From: Heptranchias perlo
Lineage: Eukaryota
DNA: 64,000 nt
Reading direction: 5' to 3'
Assembly: GCF_035084215.1 (NCBI RefSeq)
Contig: NW_027138451.1
Coordinates: forward strand, 1,488,001 to 1,552,000
The notes under the pieces were generated by a model. That model was not told the origin of the DNA and searched no databases. It worked only from the letters and a program-made list of their open reading frames with translations. This document shows, in pieces, positions 40,860 to 54,827 of this stretch. Numbering within the stretch: the first letter of the stretch is position 1; the number at the start of each line of letters is the position of its first letter. The position numbers and the translations under genes are program-made.

Positions 40860-43800
40860 TCATGGACAGTATCAGATTGAGAAATGCTGTGACAGTGTAA
40901 CCTGAGAAACAAATTAGATACCAGTTTATACTCATAGTGTGAGATTTAAAGATACAGTATCAATTCTATTAGCACAGACTGAGATACACATTCCACAGGA
41001 GTCCAAAAATCTAATAAAATAAAATTTAAAGTTTTAGTATCAATTCCTTTTGTGCAGACTGATCTTCACATTATGTACCAATTCAAAAATATCACCATAT
41101 CAGTGTGAAAGATACATTATCATTCACAATATTACTCACAGACATATAGTCTGGTTGTCCAAAAAGCACACAAATCATCAAAGCATCAAATACTTAAGTG
41201 TATCCATATTCACCAATTAAATAATGAGAAAAACTATTTAAACATTAAGGTATTAAAGCTAAAGTATTGAACACAATAGTGTAATCTGAGAGAATAAATA
41301 TCTACAGATACACAATGAATCTTACACTCACATAACGTACCAAAGACTGACAGAAGCAGAAGGAATCCCAAACTCACATACAGTACCAGAGACTGACAGA
41401 TACAGAATGAATCCCACACTCACACACAGTACCAGAGACTGACAGATACAGAATGAATCCCACACTCACACACAGTACCAGAGATTGACAGATACAGAAT
41501 GAATCCCACACTCACATACAGTACCAGACACTGACAGATACAGAATGAATCCCACACTCGCACACAGTACCAGGGACTGACAGATACAGAATGAATCCCA
41601 CACTCACACACAGTACAAGAGACTGACAGATACAGAATGAATCCCACCCTCACACACAATACCAGAGGCTGACAGATACAGAATGAATCCCACACTCACA
41701 CACAGTACCAGAGACTGACAGATACAGAATGTATCCCACACTCACACACAGTACCAGAGACTGAGAGATACAAAGTGAATCTCACAGTCACCTACATTAG
41801 TGCAGGCTGAGTTACAACTTACGTACCAGAGCAAAAATCTCACAGTTGCAGATTGAAAGATACCGTTTCAATTCCATTAATGCAGGCTTAGTTACACATT
41901 AGGTACCAGGCCAAAAATCTCAGTGTCAGAATGAACGATACAGTATCAATTCCATTAGTGCAGGCTGAGCTACACATTATGAACAACTACAAAAAAACTG
42001 ATACAGATTCAGACTGAAATATACAGTGTTTTATTCATGCAGACTGAGCTCCACATTATATACAAGTTCAAAAATGTCACCATATCAGTTTGGAAGATGC
42101 ACAAATTCACAATTGAGTTCCCATCGATATGGATTTAATGGAAGTCCAAAAATAGATGCCCACATTATCTGATTATATCCAATGGCATTACATTTTAAAA
42201 TGTATCATTATCTACCAATTAATGACCGGGAAAAAATATTCATACATTAAGGCATTAAAGATACAGTTTTGAATGCCCTGCTGTAAACCGAGATAAAAAT
42301 TAGATAAAGATAAAGAATGAATCTCACACTTCGATGGACTGCCAGAGACTGACATATAGAATGAATCCAAAACACATACAATGTACCAGTGACTGACAGA
42401 TTCAAAATGAATCCCACACTCACACACTGTAGCACAGACTGTCAGATACAGAATTTATATCACTCACATACAGCATCAGAAATTGATAGATACAGAATGA
42501 ACGTCTCACCAACACACAATACCTGAGACTGACAGATACAGAATGAAGCCCACACCCACACACAATATCAGGGACTGACAGATACAGAATGAATCTCACG
42601 CTCACACACAGTACTACAGACTGACAGATAAAGTATGAATACCACATACACGCAGTACCAGAAACTGACAGATACAGAATGAATCCCACACTCACACACA
42701 TTTCCAGAGACAGACAGATACAGAATGAATCCCACACTCACAGACAGTACCAGAGACTGAACGATACAGAATGAATCCCACACTCACACACAGTACCAGA
42801 GACTGACAGATACAGAATGAATCCCACACTCAAAAACAGTACCAGAGACTGACAGATACAGAATGAATCCCAAACTCACACACAGTACCAGAGACTGAAA
42901 GATACAGAATGAATCCCACACTCACATACAGTACCGGAAACTGACAGATACAGAATGAATCTCACAGTCCCATTACTGCAGACTGAGTTACACTTTACAT
43001 ACCAGTCCAAAGATCTCATTGTGTCAGATTGAAAAATACACGATATAGTCCATTCGAGCAGACTGAGCTACATATTAGATATATTGGTAAATACTCAGAG
43101 TATGATACTGAAATAAACATTATCAATACCAATGGTACAGACTGAGCTACACATTACACACTGTTCCAAAAACCTCATAAATTATCAGACTGGAAGATAC
43201 AATTTCAATTCTATTTGCACCGCCTGAGCTGTACATTACATACCAGACTGAAAATACGATCAAATGTTAGATTGAAAGGTACAGGATCGATTCCATGAGT
43301 GCAGACTTAGCCACACATAATATCGGGCAGTCCAACAATCTCATACCGTATCAGATTCAAAGATACAAAATCAAATCCATTAGCACAGACTGACCTATAT
43401 GTTGCTCAACAGTCCGAAAATCTCATACAGTATCAGATTGAAAGATTCAGTATCACTTCCACTATTGAAGACTGAGCTACACATTACATTCCAGTCCAAA
43501 AATCTCTTACAGTATCAGACTGATAGATACAGTATCAATTCCTTTAGTGCAGGACAGGCTACATATTACATACCAGTCCAAACATCTCATACAGTGTTAG
43601 ACTCAGATCGAGAATTCATCCCATTATTGCAGACTGAACGATACATTACATACCAGTCCAGTAATTTCACCGTGAACAGATTGAAACGTACATTATCATT
43701 CACAATAGAGTTCAGGGATTAAGATGTAACACACATTGTTTGATGAAAGAAAATCGAAAAGTTTATCCATATTAACAATTTTAATAATCGACAAAGAACT

Positions 43801-45736
43801 GTATATATTTAAAAGTATTAAAGATACAGTTTCAAATAAGATACTTTCAACTGAAATAAGAATATGAAATGAATTCAGACTTGCACATTGTCTCAGAGAC
43901 TGAATTACACAATGAATCCCTCACTGAGATAAAGTAGCAGATAATGGCAGATATAGAATGAATCCCACACTCACATTAAGTACCAGAGACTGACAGATAC
44001 AGAATGAATCTCGCACTCACAAACAGTACCAGAGACTGACAGATACACATTGAATCCATCACTTACATATAGTACCCCTGAGACTGACAGATGCAGAATA
44101 TACCCCATGTTCACAGACATTACCAGAGACTGACAGATACAGAATTAATCCCACACTCACATATAGCACCAGAGACTGACAGATACAGAATGAATCTTAC
44201 AGTTACATTACTGCAGACTGAGCTACACATTAAATACCAGTCCAAAAATCTCATAGGGTCACATTGAAAGATACAGCACCAATTCCATTGGTGCAGACTG
44301 AGCGACATATTCTATATATATAAATACTTTTGTTATACTGAGATAAACATTATCAATACCATTGGTACAGACTGAGCTACACATTACATACGAGTCCAAA
44401 ATCAAATAAATGATCAGACTGGAAGATAGAGTTTAAATTCTAGTAGCACCGCCTGAGCTAAACAGTATATAACACTCCAACAATCTCACACAATATTAGA
44501 CTGAAAGATACAGTACCAATTCCAGTAGCACAGACTGAGCTATATGTTACTCACCAGTCCAAAAATCTCATACAGTATTCGACTCAGATACAGAATTAAT
44601 CCCATTATTGCAGACTGAACGACACATTACATACCAGACCAGTAATTTCACCATCAACAGATTGAAAGTTACATTATCACACACATGGATTAAAGAAAAT
44701 CGAAAAGTGCATCCATATAAATAAATTAAATACTCCAGGAAGAACTGTATATATTTTGAAGTGGTAAAGATACAGTTTCAAATACGATACTGTGAACTGA
44801 AATAAGAATATAGAATGAATCCAGACTTGCACATTGTCTCAGAGACTGAATTACAGAATGAATCCCACACTGAGATAAAGTAGCAGAGAATGGCAGATAC
44901 AGAATGTATCCCCCACATACACAGTCCCTCTCATATACAGTGCCAGAGATAGACAGATACAGAATAAACCCCACTCTCATTTACAGTGCCAGAGATAGAC
45001 AGATACAGAATAAACCCCACTCTCATATACAGTGCCAGAGATAGACAGATACAGAATAAACCCCACTCTCATATACAGTGCCAGAGATAGACAGATACAG
45101 AATAAACCCCACTCTCATATACAGTGCCAGAGATAGACAGATACAGAATAAACCCCACTCTCATTTACAGTGCCAGAGATAGACAGATACAGAATAAACC
45201 CCACTCTCATATACAGTGCCAGAGATGGACAGATACAGAATAAACCCCACTCTCATATACAGTGCCAGAGATAGACAGATACAGAATAAACCCCACTCTC
45301 ATATACAGTGACAGAGATAGACAGATACAGAATAAACCCCACTCTCATATACAGTGACAGAGACTGACAGATACAGAATAAACCCCACTCTCATATACAG
45401 TACCAGAGATAGACAGATACAGAATAAACCCACTCTCATATACAGTACCAGAGATAGACAGATACAGAATAAACCCCACTCTCATATAGAGTACCAGAGA
45501 TAGACAGATACAGAATAAACCCCACTCTCATATACAGTGCCAGAGATAGACAGATACAGAATAAACCCCACTCTCATATACAGTGCCAGAGATAGACAGA
45601 TACAGAATAAACCCCACTCTCATAAACAGTGCCAGAGATAGACAGATACAGAATAAACACCAACTCTCATATACAGTGCCAGAGATAGACAGATACAGAA
45701 TAAACCCCACTCTCATATACAGTACCAGAGACTGAC
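40860..45736. repeat. Composite 44-bp/~80-bp satellite block (unit 3)
   Basis: As in units 1 and 2. Carries the longest subtype-B run (~44930-45735). Confidence 0.9.
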
Positions 45737-46647
45737 CTCTACTGGACGTAAGCGAGAACTGTAAAAGAGTGGAACAAATTCACATCATCTGTCATGGTGA
45801 CAGAAACAGGAAAATGTGCAACGTGAGAAAGGTTTCTGTCTGTAATTTTCACTCTCGTATTTTTGCACTTTTTAATAGTGAAAAATGAAGATAATTGATT
45901 AATAATAAAGTTTTTGCTTCACTCATTCAATAGTTGTCAATTTGCTCGATCATATTTCACTGTACATTGCACAGTATTTCTCTCTGATTTCTCAGGACAC
46001 GAGTTACATTGTTCTTCTGCCCATTTAGACTGTTATTTTCCAAGCAGTATGTGGCCTCCTTATTCCCCCTAACGAAATGCAGCATCGCAAACCTTTCTAT
46101 ATTGAGATTCAATGGCCATTTGCACAGCCTTCTGCAAGTTTATTTTGCCGCAGTCTTCCTCAGTATTGAATATACCCCAAAATCAATTACAAGAATTTAA
46201 CACAGCATTACAACTAATGTTTGGTCTAACAAAATGTACTTGCAGCTCGTCTCCATTCCCAGTTTTTCTCAATCCCACCCGTGCAATATAATGTGAAGAA
46301 TGAGTTTCTGTTCTGTCCCTCTCTCATCTTCAAACTTCAATGTCCCGGGGTTTGGGGAGATCTACTGGCCGGAAGCAGAACTGCAACAGTTCGGAACAAA
46401 TTGCTGAAAGCGGACAGTGTGCGGTGTGAGCGTGTTTGTGATTGGTGGCAGATACTGAATCTGATTGGATATTGGAGGAAACCAATCAGAGAGTTGCAGT
46501 TAATAATTATTGTGACCTCACTCCCAATGACCCAATCACAATCATTGCCCTCCCCCATCCCTCATTACCATAGGTCTGTGGGACTGTCTATTTAATCCGA
46601 GCTCGGAGCGGATTGGGTCATTTCTGGGTCTGAAATTGAGTTTGGAA

Positions 46648-47022
46648 ATGCCGGAGGACAAGAAAGCAGCTCCCAAGAAGGGCGCCAAGAAAACCTTGAG
46701 TAAAGCACCAGGCAAAGGCGGCAAGAAGCGGAGAAAGTCGAGGAAGGAGAGTTACTCCATCTACATCTACAAAGTGATGAAGCAGGTTCACCCGGACACC
46801 GGCATCTCCTCCAAGGCCATGGGCATCATGAACTCCTTTGTGAGCGATATTTTCGAGCGCATCGCGGGTGAAGCTTCCCGCCTGGCCCATTACAACAAGC
46901 GGGCGACCATCAGCTCCCGGGAGATCCAGACCGCCGTGCGCCTGCTGCTGCCCGGGGAACTCGCCAAGCACGCCGTGTCGGAAGGGACAAAGGCGGTGAC
47001 CAAATACACCAGCTCCAAGTAA
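46648..47022 (+). CDS. H2B: Histone H2B (ESYSIY allele)
   Basis: Intact ORF. Stem-loop at 47059-47074. Confidence 0.98.
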   Translation: MPEDKKAAPKKGAKKTLSKAPGKGGKKRRKSRKESYSIYIYKVMKQVHPDTGISSKAMGIMNSFVSDIFERIAGEASRLAHYNKRATISSREIQTAVRLLLPGELAKHAVSEGTKAVTKYTSSK

Positions 47023-48169
47023 AACTCCACAAACAACTGAAAAAAAATTAAACACAAAGGCTCTTTTAAGAGCCACCCACAGTCTCTCTGAAGACGCTGT
47101 ACCGACACCTCTGTATGGAATCATTTTACTGTAGATAGTTTGGTACTAGCTGTCTCTATAACGGCAATTGTTACTAGCTCAATTGCTCAATTTATATCTG
47201 AGATAGATAGGTTTTTGGCACCAAGAGTATTAAGGGATACTGGCCATTGGCGGTTATATGGAGTTAGATCACAGATCAGCCGTGATCTTATCAAATGGCG
47301 GAGCAGGAAAGAGGGGCTGAATGGCCTACTCCTGATCCTATGTTCTTGTGCTTTTGTAATTTCTCTTGAAATCTGGAAGATTCTCGTATTCACTGCCCGC
47401 TATAATCTGTGTGTCGCTTTTTTATTTAGTCCCAATAACCAAAAACGTGTCCCTGATCCTCTCATTCCCGCTCATATTCCGCCCCTTCCCCCGCATCTGC
47501 CCCGTCAGAGCCGTTTTGAGGCGGGGGATTAGATTCAGTCATTTCTTTCTCCATTTCACTTTTGTTTGTTCATTATTCGGGAATCTCACTTTCAGAACCG
47601 CAATCCTTTGTAATGCAGCAATCCCGAAAGGGTGTTCACACCGAGTACAGAATAGTCTAAAGGCTCTCTCACTGTTCCACTTCTTACACCAGGAGTCTCG
47701 GCTCCGGTTTCGATCCCGCAGCAGCTCCTGTGAACAGGGATCAATCCACAATCTGGGGTTTGTTACTTTTACAAAGATTGAGCTGGAATCTGTCCCGTTA
47801 CAAAATGGGACTTTATTCCCGCCCGATTGAAAGCGAACGGTGAATGAAGGCGGATGTTAACCGGATTGTAAAAGATTCTGGAAGTTGTGACGGGAAATGG
47901 GGAATAACAGAGTTAAAGGAGAGAGATTTTTCAATCTTTCTCTGTACGCGACATTATTTACTAAATCCGCTTCTTGTGTTGGAAATATATTGGCGGGCTT
48001 TTCAAATTTCAAAAACTGTTCAGTTCGGGATTTTCCGCCCTTTTCTCATTGCTGGCTACTGATTGGTGAATAAAGCAGCTCTCGGATTGGTTCAACGAAC
48101 AGCCCAATGAGATTGAGAGCAGGTGGACCAATCACAAGTGCCCCCACTGTACTCCTCCAGAAGGTATAA

Positions 48170-48619
<450 letters not shown>

Positions 48620-49021
48620 AGCGGCCAAGACTTAACCTGATAACCCAAAGGCTCTTTTCAGAGCCACCCACTGTATCTATGAAAGGGCTGGTTACTGTCT
48701 GAAGAGAGTCAGGAATCAATTTAATAAGGACTTGATTCCGATTCGAGAACTAACAATAACTTGTTAAATACAAATGATCCATATCGGTCTGTTGAAGTTT
48801 TCGCTTCCGGACAGCAGATGTCGCCAATCTGCAATAGAGTGAAATTTGCAGTTTGTCTGGTGAATGAGACAAAATATCAGAATTGTCACTAAACTGGGCG
48901 GGAGGGATACAGAAATATCAGGGACGTTTGATCATCGGCATCAAGAGGCATTCTGTTGTGTTCCACCCAATATTATTTACAGTCTCATCCTCCGACAACA
49001 CTTGCTCGGTCTGTATTATTT

Positions 49022-49252
49022 TAAACAATTTTACAACACCAAGTTATAGTCCAGCAATTTTATTTTAAATTCACAAGCTTTCGGAGGCTTCCTCCTTCGT
49101 CAGGTGAACGAAGATTTTCACATCGTTCACCTGACGAAGGAGGAAGCCTCCGAAAGCTTGTGAATTTAAAATAAAATTGCTGGACTCTTACTTGGTGTTG
49201 TAAAATTGTTTACAATTGTCAACCCAAGTCCATCACCGGCATCTCCACATCA
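49022..49252. mobile_element. Inverted pair of Penelope-like pseudo-LTRs with two hammerhead motifs (49070-49108 on -, 49126-49164 on +)
   Basis: 90-bp arms (49022-49111 and 49123-49212, 2 mismatches) around an 11-nt spacer. 12-bp TSD TGTATTATTTTA (49012-49023, 49253-49264). Empty site at ~32634-32645. Confidence 0.85.
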
Positions 49253-49387
49253 TGTATTATTTTACCCAGATTTGTACAACAGAAGCTGACTGATGTGTTG
49301 ATTAATGTGTCAGCGATTACTGAATCAGTGAATGATATTTGTCTGTTATTTGATGTGAGCGAGGGAATTATTCTGTTCCTGTCTCAG

Positions 49388-49474
49388 TTACGACTTCTTG
49401 CCGCATTTCGCTGGTGCTTTACTGAAGGATTTCTTGGCGCCCTTCTTGGGAGCCGCTTTCTTGTCATCAGGCAT
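49388..49474 (-). pseudogene. H2B: Truncated, diverged H2B 5' fragment at the inversion junction
   Basis: [28 protein letters not shown], with a diverged H2B 5'UTR and promoter extending to ~49605. Confidence 0.9.
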
Positions 49475-49611
49475 TTTCAAACTCAATTTCTGACCCAGAA
49501 ATGATCCAAATCCGTTCCGAGCTCGGATGAAATAGGCAGTCCCACAACCCTATTCTAATGAGGGATGGGGGAAGGCAATGATTGTGATTGGACGGATGGG
49601 AGTGATGCCAC

Positions 49612-50195
49612 GTTACATAGCAACATAGAAAACAGGAGCAAGAGTAGGCCATTCGGCCCTTCGGGTCTGCTCCGCCATTCAAAATGATCATTGCTGATCG
49701 TCTAACTCAGTTCCCTGTTCCCGCTGTTTCCCCATATCCCTTGATCCCTTTAGCATTTAGATATATATCTATCTCCTTCTTGAATACATCTAATGACTTG
49801 GCCTCCACTGCATTCTGTTGTAGAGAATTCCACAGGTTCATCACCCTCCGAGTGAGGACATTTCTCCTGATCTCGGTTCTAAATCCTGAGACTGTGACCC
49901 CTGGTTCTGGATTCCCCAGCCATTGGGAATATCCTCCCTACATTTAGTCTGTCTCGTCCTGTTAGATTTTTATATGTTTCGATGAGATCACCTTTCATTC
50001 TTCTAAACTCGAGTGAATATTGGCCGAGTCAACCCAATCTCTCCTCATACGTCAGTTATGCCATCCCAGAATCAGTCTGGTGAACCTTCGTTGCACTCCC
50101 TCCATGTCAAGGACATCCTTCCTCAGATAAGGAGACCAAAACTGCACACAATACTCCAGACGTGGTCTCACCTCGGCCCTGTATAACAGCAGTAA
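49612..50195 (-). mobile_element. CR1 LINE 3' fragment
   Basis: CATAGCAACATAGAAAACAGGAGCAAGAGTAGGCCATTCGGCCC terminus. Internal GAGACCAAAACTGCACACAATACTCCAG is [10 protein letters not shown] on the minus strand. Confidence 0.85.
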
Positions 50196-50204
50196 TGTCA
50201 GGAA

Positions 50205-50284
50205 TCTTACAACACCACGTTATAGTCCAACAGTTTTATTTGAAAATCACAAGCTTTCGGAGGCTTTCTCCTTCGTCAGGTGAG
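50205..50284 (-). mobile_element. Penelope-like short element with hammerhead motif (50247-50283)
   Basis: Minus strand reads TCAC-CTGACGA-A-GGAG-AAAGC-CTCC-GAAA-GCTT-GTGA, then AATAAA and GGACTATAACGTGGTGTTGTAAG. Confidence 0.8.
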
Positions 50285-50399
50285 TAACAGTTCCAGACAG
50301 AAACTTTCCTCACATTGCACATTTTCCTGTTTCTGGAACCACGACAGAAAATGTGAATTTATTCCACTCTTTTACAGTTCCCGATTACGTCCAGTAGAG

Positions 50400-53390
50400 G
50401 TCATTCTCCGGTACTGTATATGAGAGTGGGGTTTATTCTGTATTCTGTCAGTCTCCGGTACCCTACATGAGAGTGGGGTTTATTCTGTATTCTGTCAGTC
50501 TCCGGTACCGTATATGAGTGTGGGATTCATTCTGTATTTGTCAGTCTCCAGTGCTGTGTGTGAATGTGGGATTCATTCTGTATCCTCAGTCTCTGGTACT
50601 GTGTGTGAGTGTGGGATTCATCCTGTGCCTGTCAGTCACTGGTCCAGTATATGAGTGTGGGGATTATTCTCTGTCAGTCTCTGGTCCAGTATATGAGTGT
50701 GGGGATTATTCTCTGTCAGTCTCTGGTCCAGTATATGAGTGTGGGGATTATTCTGTATCTGTCAGTCTCTGATACTGTAAGCAGGTGTGGGTTTTATTCT
50801 GTATCTGTCTGTCTCCGATACTGTACATGAGTTTGCGGTTTATTCTGTATTTGTCAGTCTCTGATACTGTATATGAATGAGGGGTTTATTCTGTATCTGT
50901 CAGTCTCTGGTACTGTGTGTGAGTGAGGGAATCATTCTGTATCTGTCAGTCTCTGGTACTGTGTGTGAGTGTGGGATTAATTCTGTATCTGTAGTCTCTG
51001 GTACTGTCTGTGTATGTGGGGGATACATTCTGTATCTGCCATTCTCTGCTACTTTATCTCAGTGTGGTATTCATTCTGTAATTCAGTCTCTGAGACAATG
51101 TGCAAGTCTGGATTCACTCTGTATTCTTATTTCAGTTTAAATTATTGTATTTGAAACTATATCTTTAATACTTTAAAGTATATACAGTTTTTTGTCGAGT
51201 GTTTAATTTGTAAATATTGATACAGTTATGGATTTTCTTTTATCAAACAATGTGTGTGAGTTTTGGAGTAGTGTTACAACTTAATCTCTGAACTCTATTG
51301 TGAATGATAATGTACCTTTCAATCTGTTCACGGTGAAATTACTGGACTGGTATGTAATGTGTAGCTCAGTCTATAATAATGGAATTAATTCTCTATCTCA
51401 GTCTGACACTGTGTGAGATTTTTGGACTGGAATGTAATATGTAGCTCAGCCTGCACTAATAGAATTGATACTTTATCTATCAGTCTTATACTGTATGAGA
51501 TTGTTGGACTGGTGTGTAACATGTAGCTCAGTGCATGCTAATGGAATTGATGTTGTATCTTTGAGTCTGATGTGGTATGACATTGTTGGACTGCTATATA
51601 ATGTTTGCCTCAGTCTGCACTAATGGAATTGATACATTATCTTTCAATATGACACTATAAGATTTTTGGACTGGCATGTTATGTGTAACTCAGTCTGCAG
51701 TAATGTGACTGTGAGATTCATTCTGTATCTGTCTGACTGTGGTACTTTGTGATTCATTCTGTTCCTGTCAGTTCCTGGCACTGTGTGTGAATTTGGGATT
51801 CATTCCATATCTGTCAGTCTCTGATGCTGTATGCGAGTGAGACATTCATTCAATTTACATCAATCTCTGATACTGTATGCGTGATATAAATTCTGGATCT
51901 GTCAGTCTCTGATACAGTATGTGAGTGTGGGATTTGTTCTGTATCTATCAATCACTGGTACATTGTGTGAGTGTGAGATTCATTCTATATGTCAGTCTCA
52001 GGCACTGGATCTGGGTATGAGATTCATTCTTTATCTGTATCAAATTTGTATCTGTTTACAGTATGGCATTCAAAACTGTATCTTTAATATCTAAATAATT
52101 TTTCCCAGTATTTAAGTGGTAGATAATCATATCCTTTCAAATGTGATGCTGTAGGTTATAATCAGAGAACGAGTGCATTTTTGGGCTACTATTAAATCTG
52201 CTACGATATGAAAACAATTGTGATTTAGTGCATCTTCCAAACAGATATGGTGACATTTTTGAACTTGTATATAATGTGGAGCTCAGTCTGCATGAATGGA
52301 ATTGATACTGTATCTTTCAATCTGACACTGAGATTTTTGGACTGGTACGTAATTTGTAACTCAGCCTGCACTAATGTCAGTGACTGAGATTCATTTTTTA
52401 TCTCTCAGTCCGTGATACTGTGTGGGATTCATTCTGTGTCTGTCAGTTGCCAGTACTGTATGTGGGTGTTGACTTCATTTTAAACATACAGTTTCTCACA
52501 CTGTATGTTAGTGTGGGATTGAATTAGTAATCTGGTACTCTTAATGATTGTGAGATTCATTCTGCATTTCCAATCTCTGGTACTGTGTGTGAGTGTGGGA
52601 TTCATTCTGTATCTGTCAGTCTCTGGTACTGTGTGTGAGTGTGGGATTCATTCTGTATCTGTCAGTTTCTGGTACTGTGTGTGAGTGTGAGATTCATTCA
52701 GTATCTGTCAGTCTCTGGTACTGTGTGTGAGTGTGGGATTCATACATTACATCTCAGTCTCTAGTGCTTTATGAGAGTGTGGGATGAACTCGGTGTCTGT
52801 CAGTCCTTGGTACTGGATGCCTGTGTGGGATTCATTCTGTATCTATCATCTCTGGGACCATACTTGAGTGTGGGATTCATTCTGTATCTATCATCTCTGG
52901 GACCATACTTGAGTGTGGGATTCATTCTGTGTCCGTATATAATTATTCTCTCAGATTACATTATGGTGTTCAATACTGCAGCTTTCATACCTTAATGTTT
53001 GAATCATGTTTCTCATTATTTAATTGGAGAATATGGATACACTTTAGGATTTGATGCTGGAGGTTTAATCAAATAATTTGTGTGCTTTTTGGACTACGAT
53101 TAAGTCTGTATATCTATGAGTAATATTGTGAATGATAATGTACCTTTCAAACTGATATGGTGATATTTTTGAATTGGTATATAATGTGTAGATCAGTCTG
53201 CACTAAAGGAATTGATACTGCATCATTAAATTTTATTTTATAAGATTTTTGGACTCCTGTGTAATGTGTATCTCAGTCTGTACTAATAGAATTGATACTG
53301 TATCATTAAATCTCACACTATGAGTATATTATAAACTGGTATCTAATTTGTTTCTCAGGTTACACTGTCACAGCATTTCTCAATCTGATA
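50400..53390. repeat. Inverted, shorter and strongly diverged composite satellite block
   Basis: Reverse-complement 44-mers (GTGGGATTCATTCTGTATCTGTCAGTCTCTGGTACTG) and ~80-mers. About 3 kb against ~5 kb in the left array. Confidence 0.88.
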
Positions 53391-53650
53391 CTGTCCATGA
53401 GTTTTGGACTTGCAATTTGTATCTCATGATCCGCTATTCGAATGGATACTGCATGTATTAAACTCACGTGTGTGTGAGAGTTCTGGGCCAGTATTCAATT
53501 GTAATCTCGGGGTATCTGGTATTTAATTCACGGATAATGTTGCCCTTTTGTGAAATTGACAATCTGAAAGTGTGACTTTGGACTAGGATTTTTGGATCTT
53601 CCTGTCAGCGGGACTGAGTTCGGGGGAAATGGAAACAGCGTCTGCCTCAC

Positions 53651-53875
53651 CTGCTCTGTTTGACTGTTGGATTGAAAATGTGTCTCTGGAACCTGGGATC
53701 AGTGTGGGACTGACTACCTCTGCTGTCTGAGACTCTGGACCTGATGACCTGTCTGTGTCTCTGTGCTCTGTGAGTGATAATATACCTACTGTGTGTGAGA
53801 AGGAGCTGGCTGCACTCTTCCTTGGCCTCGGGTGGAGGAAACTTCACATTCATTCTGGATCCTTCAAGTGTTTGC
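53651..53875 (-). other. Putative 225-nt exon (copy 4, inverted)
   Basis: Acceptor TTTCTTTCTGCAG|G and donor CAG|GTGAGG on the minus strand. Confidence 0.45.
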
Positions 53876-54704
53876 CTGCAGAAAGAAACGTGTCTCTTGT
53901 AACTCAAGAACAGGTGAGGTAGAAAATACAAAAGCGATCAGTTTAATATCTCTGTCAATAATTATTTTGAATATCCACAAATGAAAACCAGTGATACAAA
54001 CAGAGTCAGTGTCTGACTCCACTGCAGTACTGCACCACTCAGCTTCTGAATACCAGGTGTGTTGGGCGATTTTAAAACAATTTAGTGATATCCAGACACG
54101 ACCCAAGCCCTGCACTGATCCATGAATGGGACTACCGGATGGGGCAGGGATCTTTGTACAGGTCAGGTTTCTAATCCCCTCTCCCATGGGACTAACCGTT
54201 CAACTGAAAGCAAACAGCCGCTGTTTAAAATGTCTCCTTCACACTTCTCGCCTGATGCCTGCAATAGATGCTCTTTGTATAACTCCCCACATCCTTACTG
54301 TCCGGTTCTGTTTCCACTCTTCACTGTCCAATAACAATAAACAGGGGGAGACTGGAACTAAACCAGGACCATTCACTCCTGGTTTGGGGAGAGAAAGCAG
54401 CAATGATTTTAATAGCAGCTTCTTCCCATTCTCTCTCCCTTCCCCTGGACACACCCTGTCCACACACAGCCCGAGAATGACCTCTCCCTCCCCCCCCTCT
54501 CACTCCATGTTCCGGGACCAGTTCCTGATCCACTCCGCCTCTTACAAACATCCCCCGGACTCCCCCTGCCCTTCCCCCGGACTCAATGCCGATCTCTGAG
54601 CCCATCTGCGGACACGGTCCCGGAGCGATGAGCTGCTGTAACGAGGCTGCTCTTTGCTCCCTTCCCCCGGGGGCCGTGATCTCTCCATTCCCGCCTGTTT
54701 TAAA

Positions 54705-54827
54705 CCATCTTCTTCCGCTCACTGAGGGAATGGCGCCCACAGGCCGGGCTGGGGGAGGGCAGCGCGCATGCGCTCTTCTGCTCACCACCAACCAGCGCAG
54801 GGGGCGGGGCTGAGTCACGCATGCGCA
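54705..54827 (-). promoter_or_regulatory. GC-rich non-histone promoter (copy 4, inverted)
   Basis: Same motif set, reverse complemented. Confidence 0.6.
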
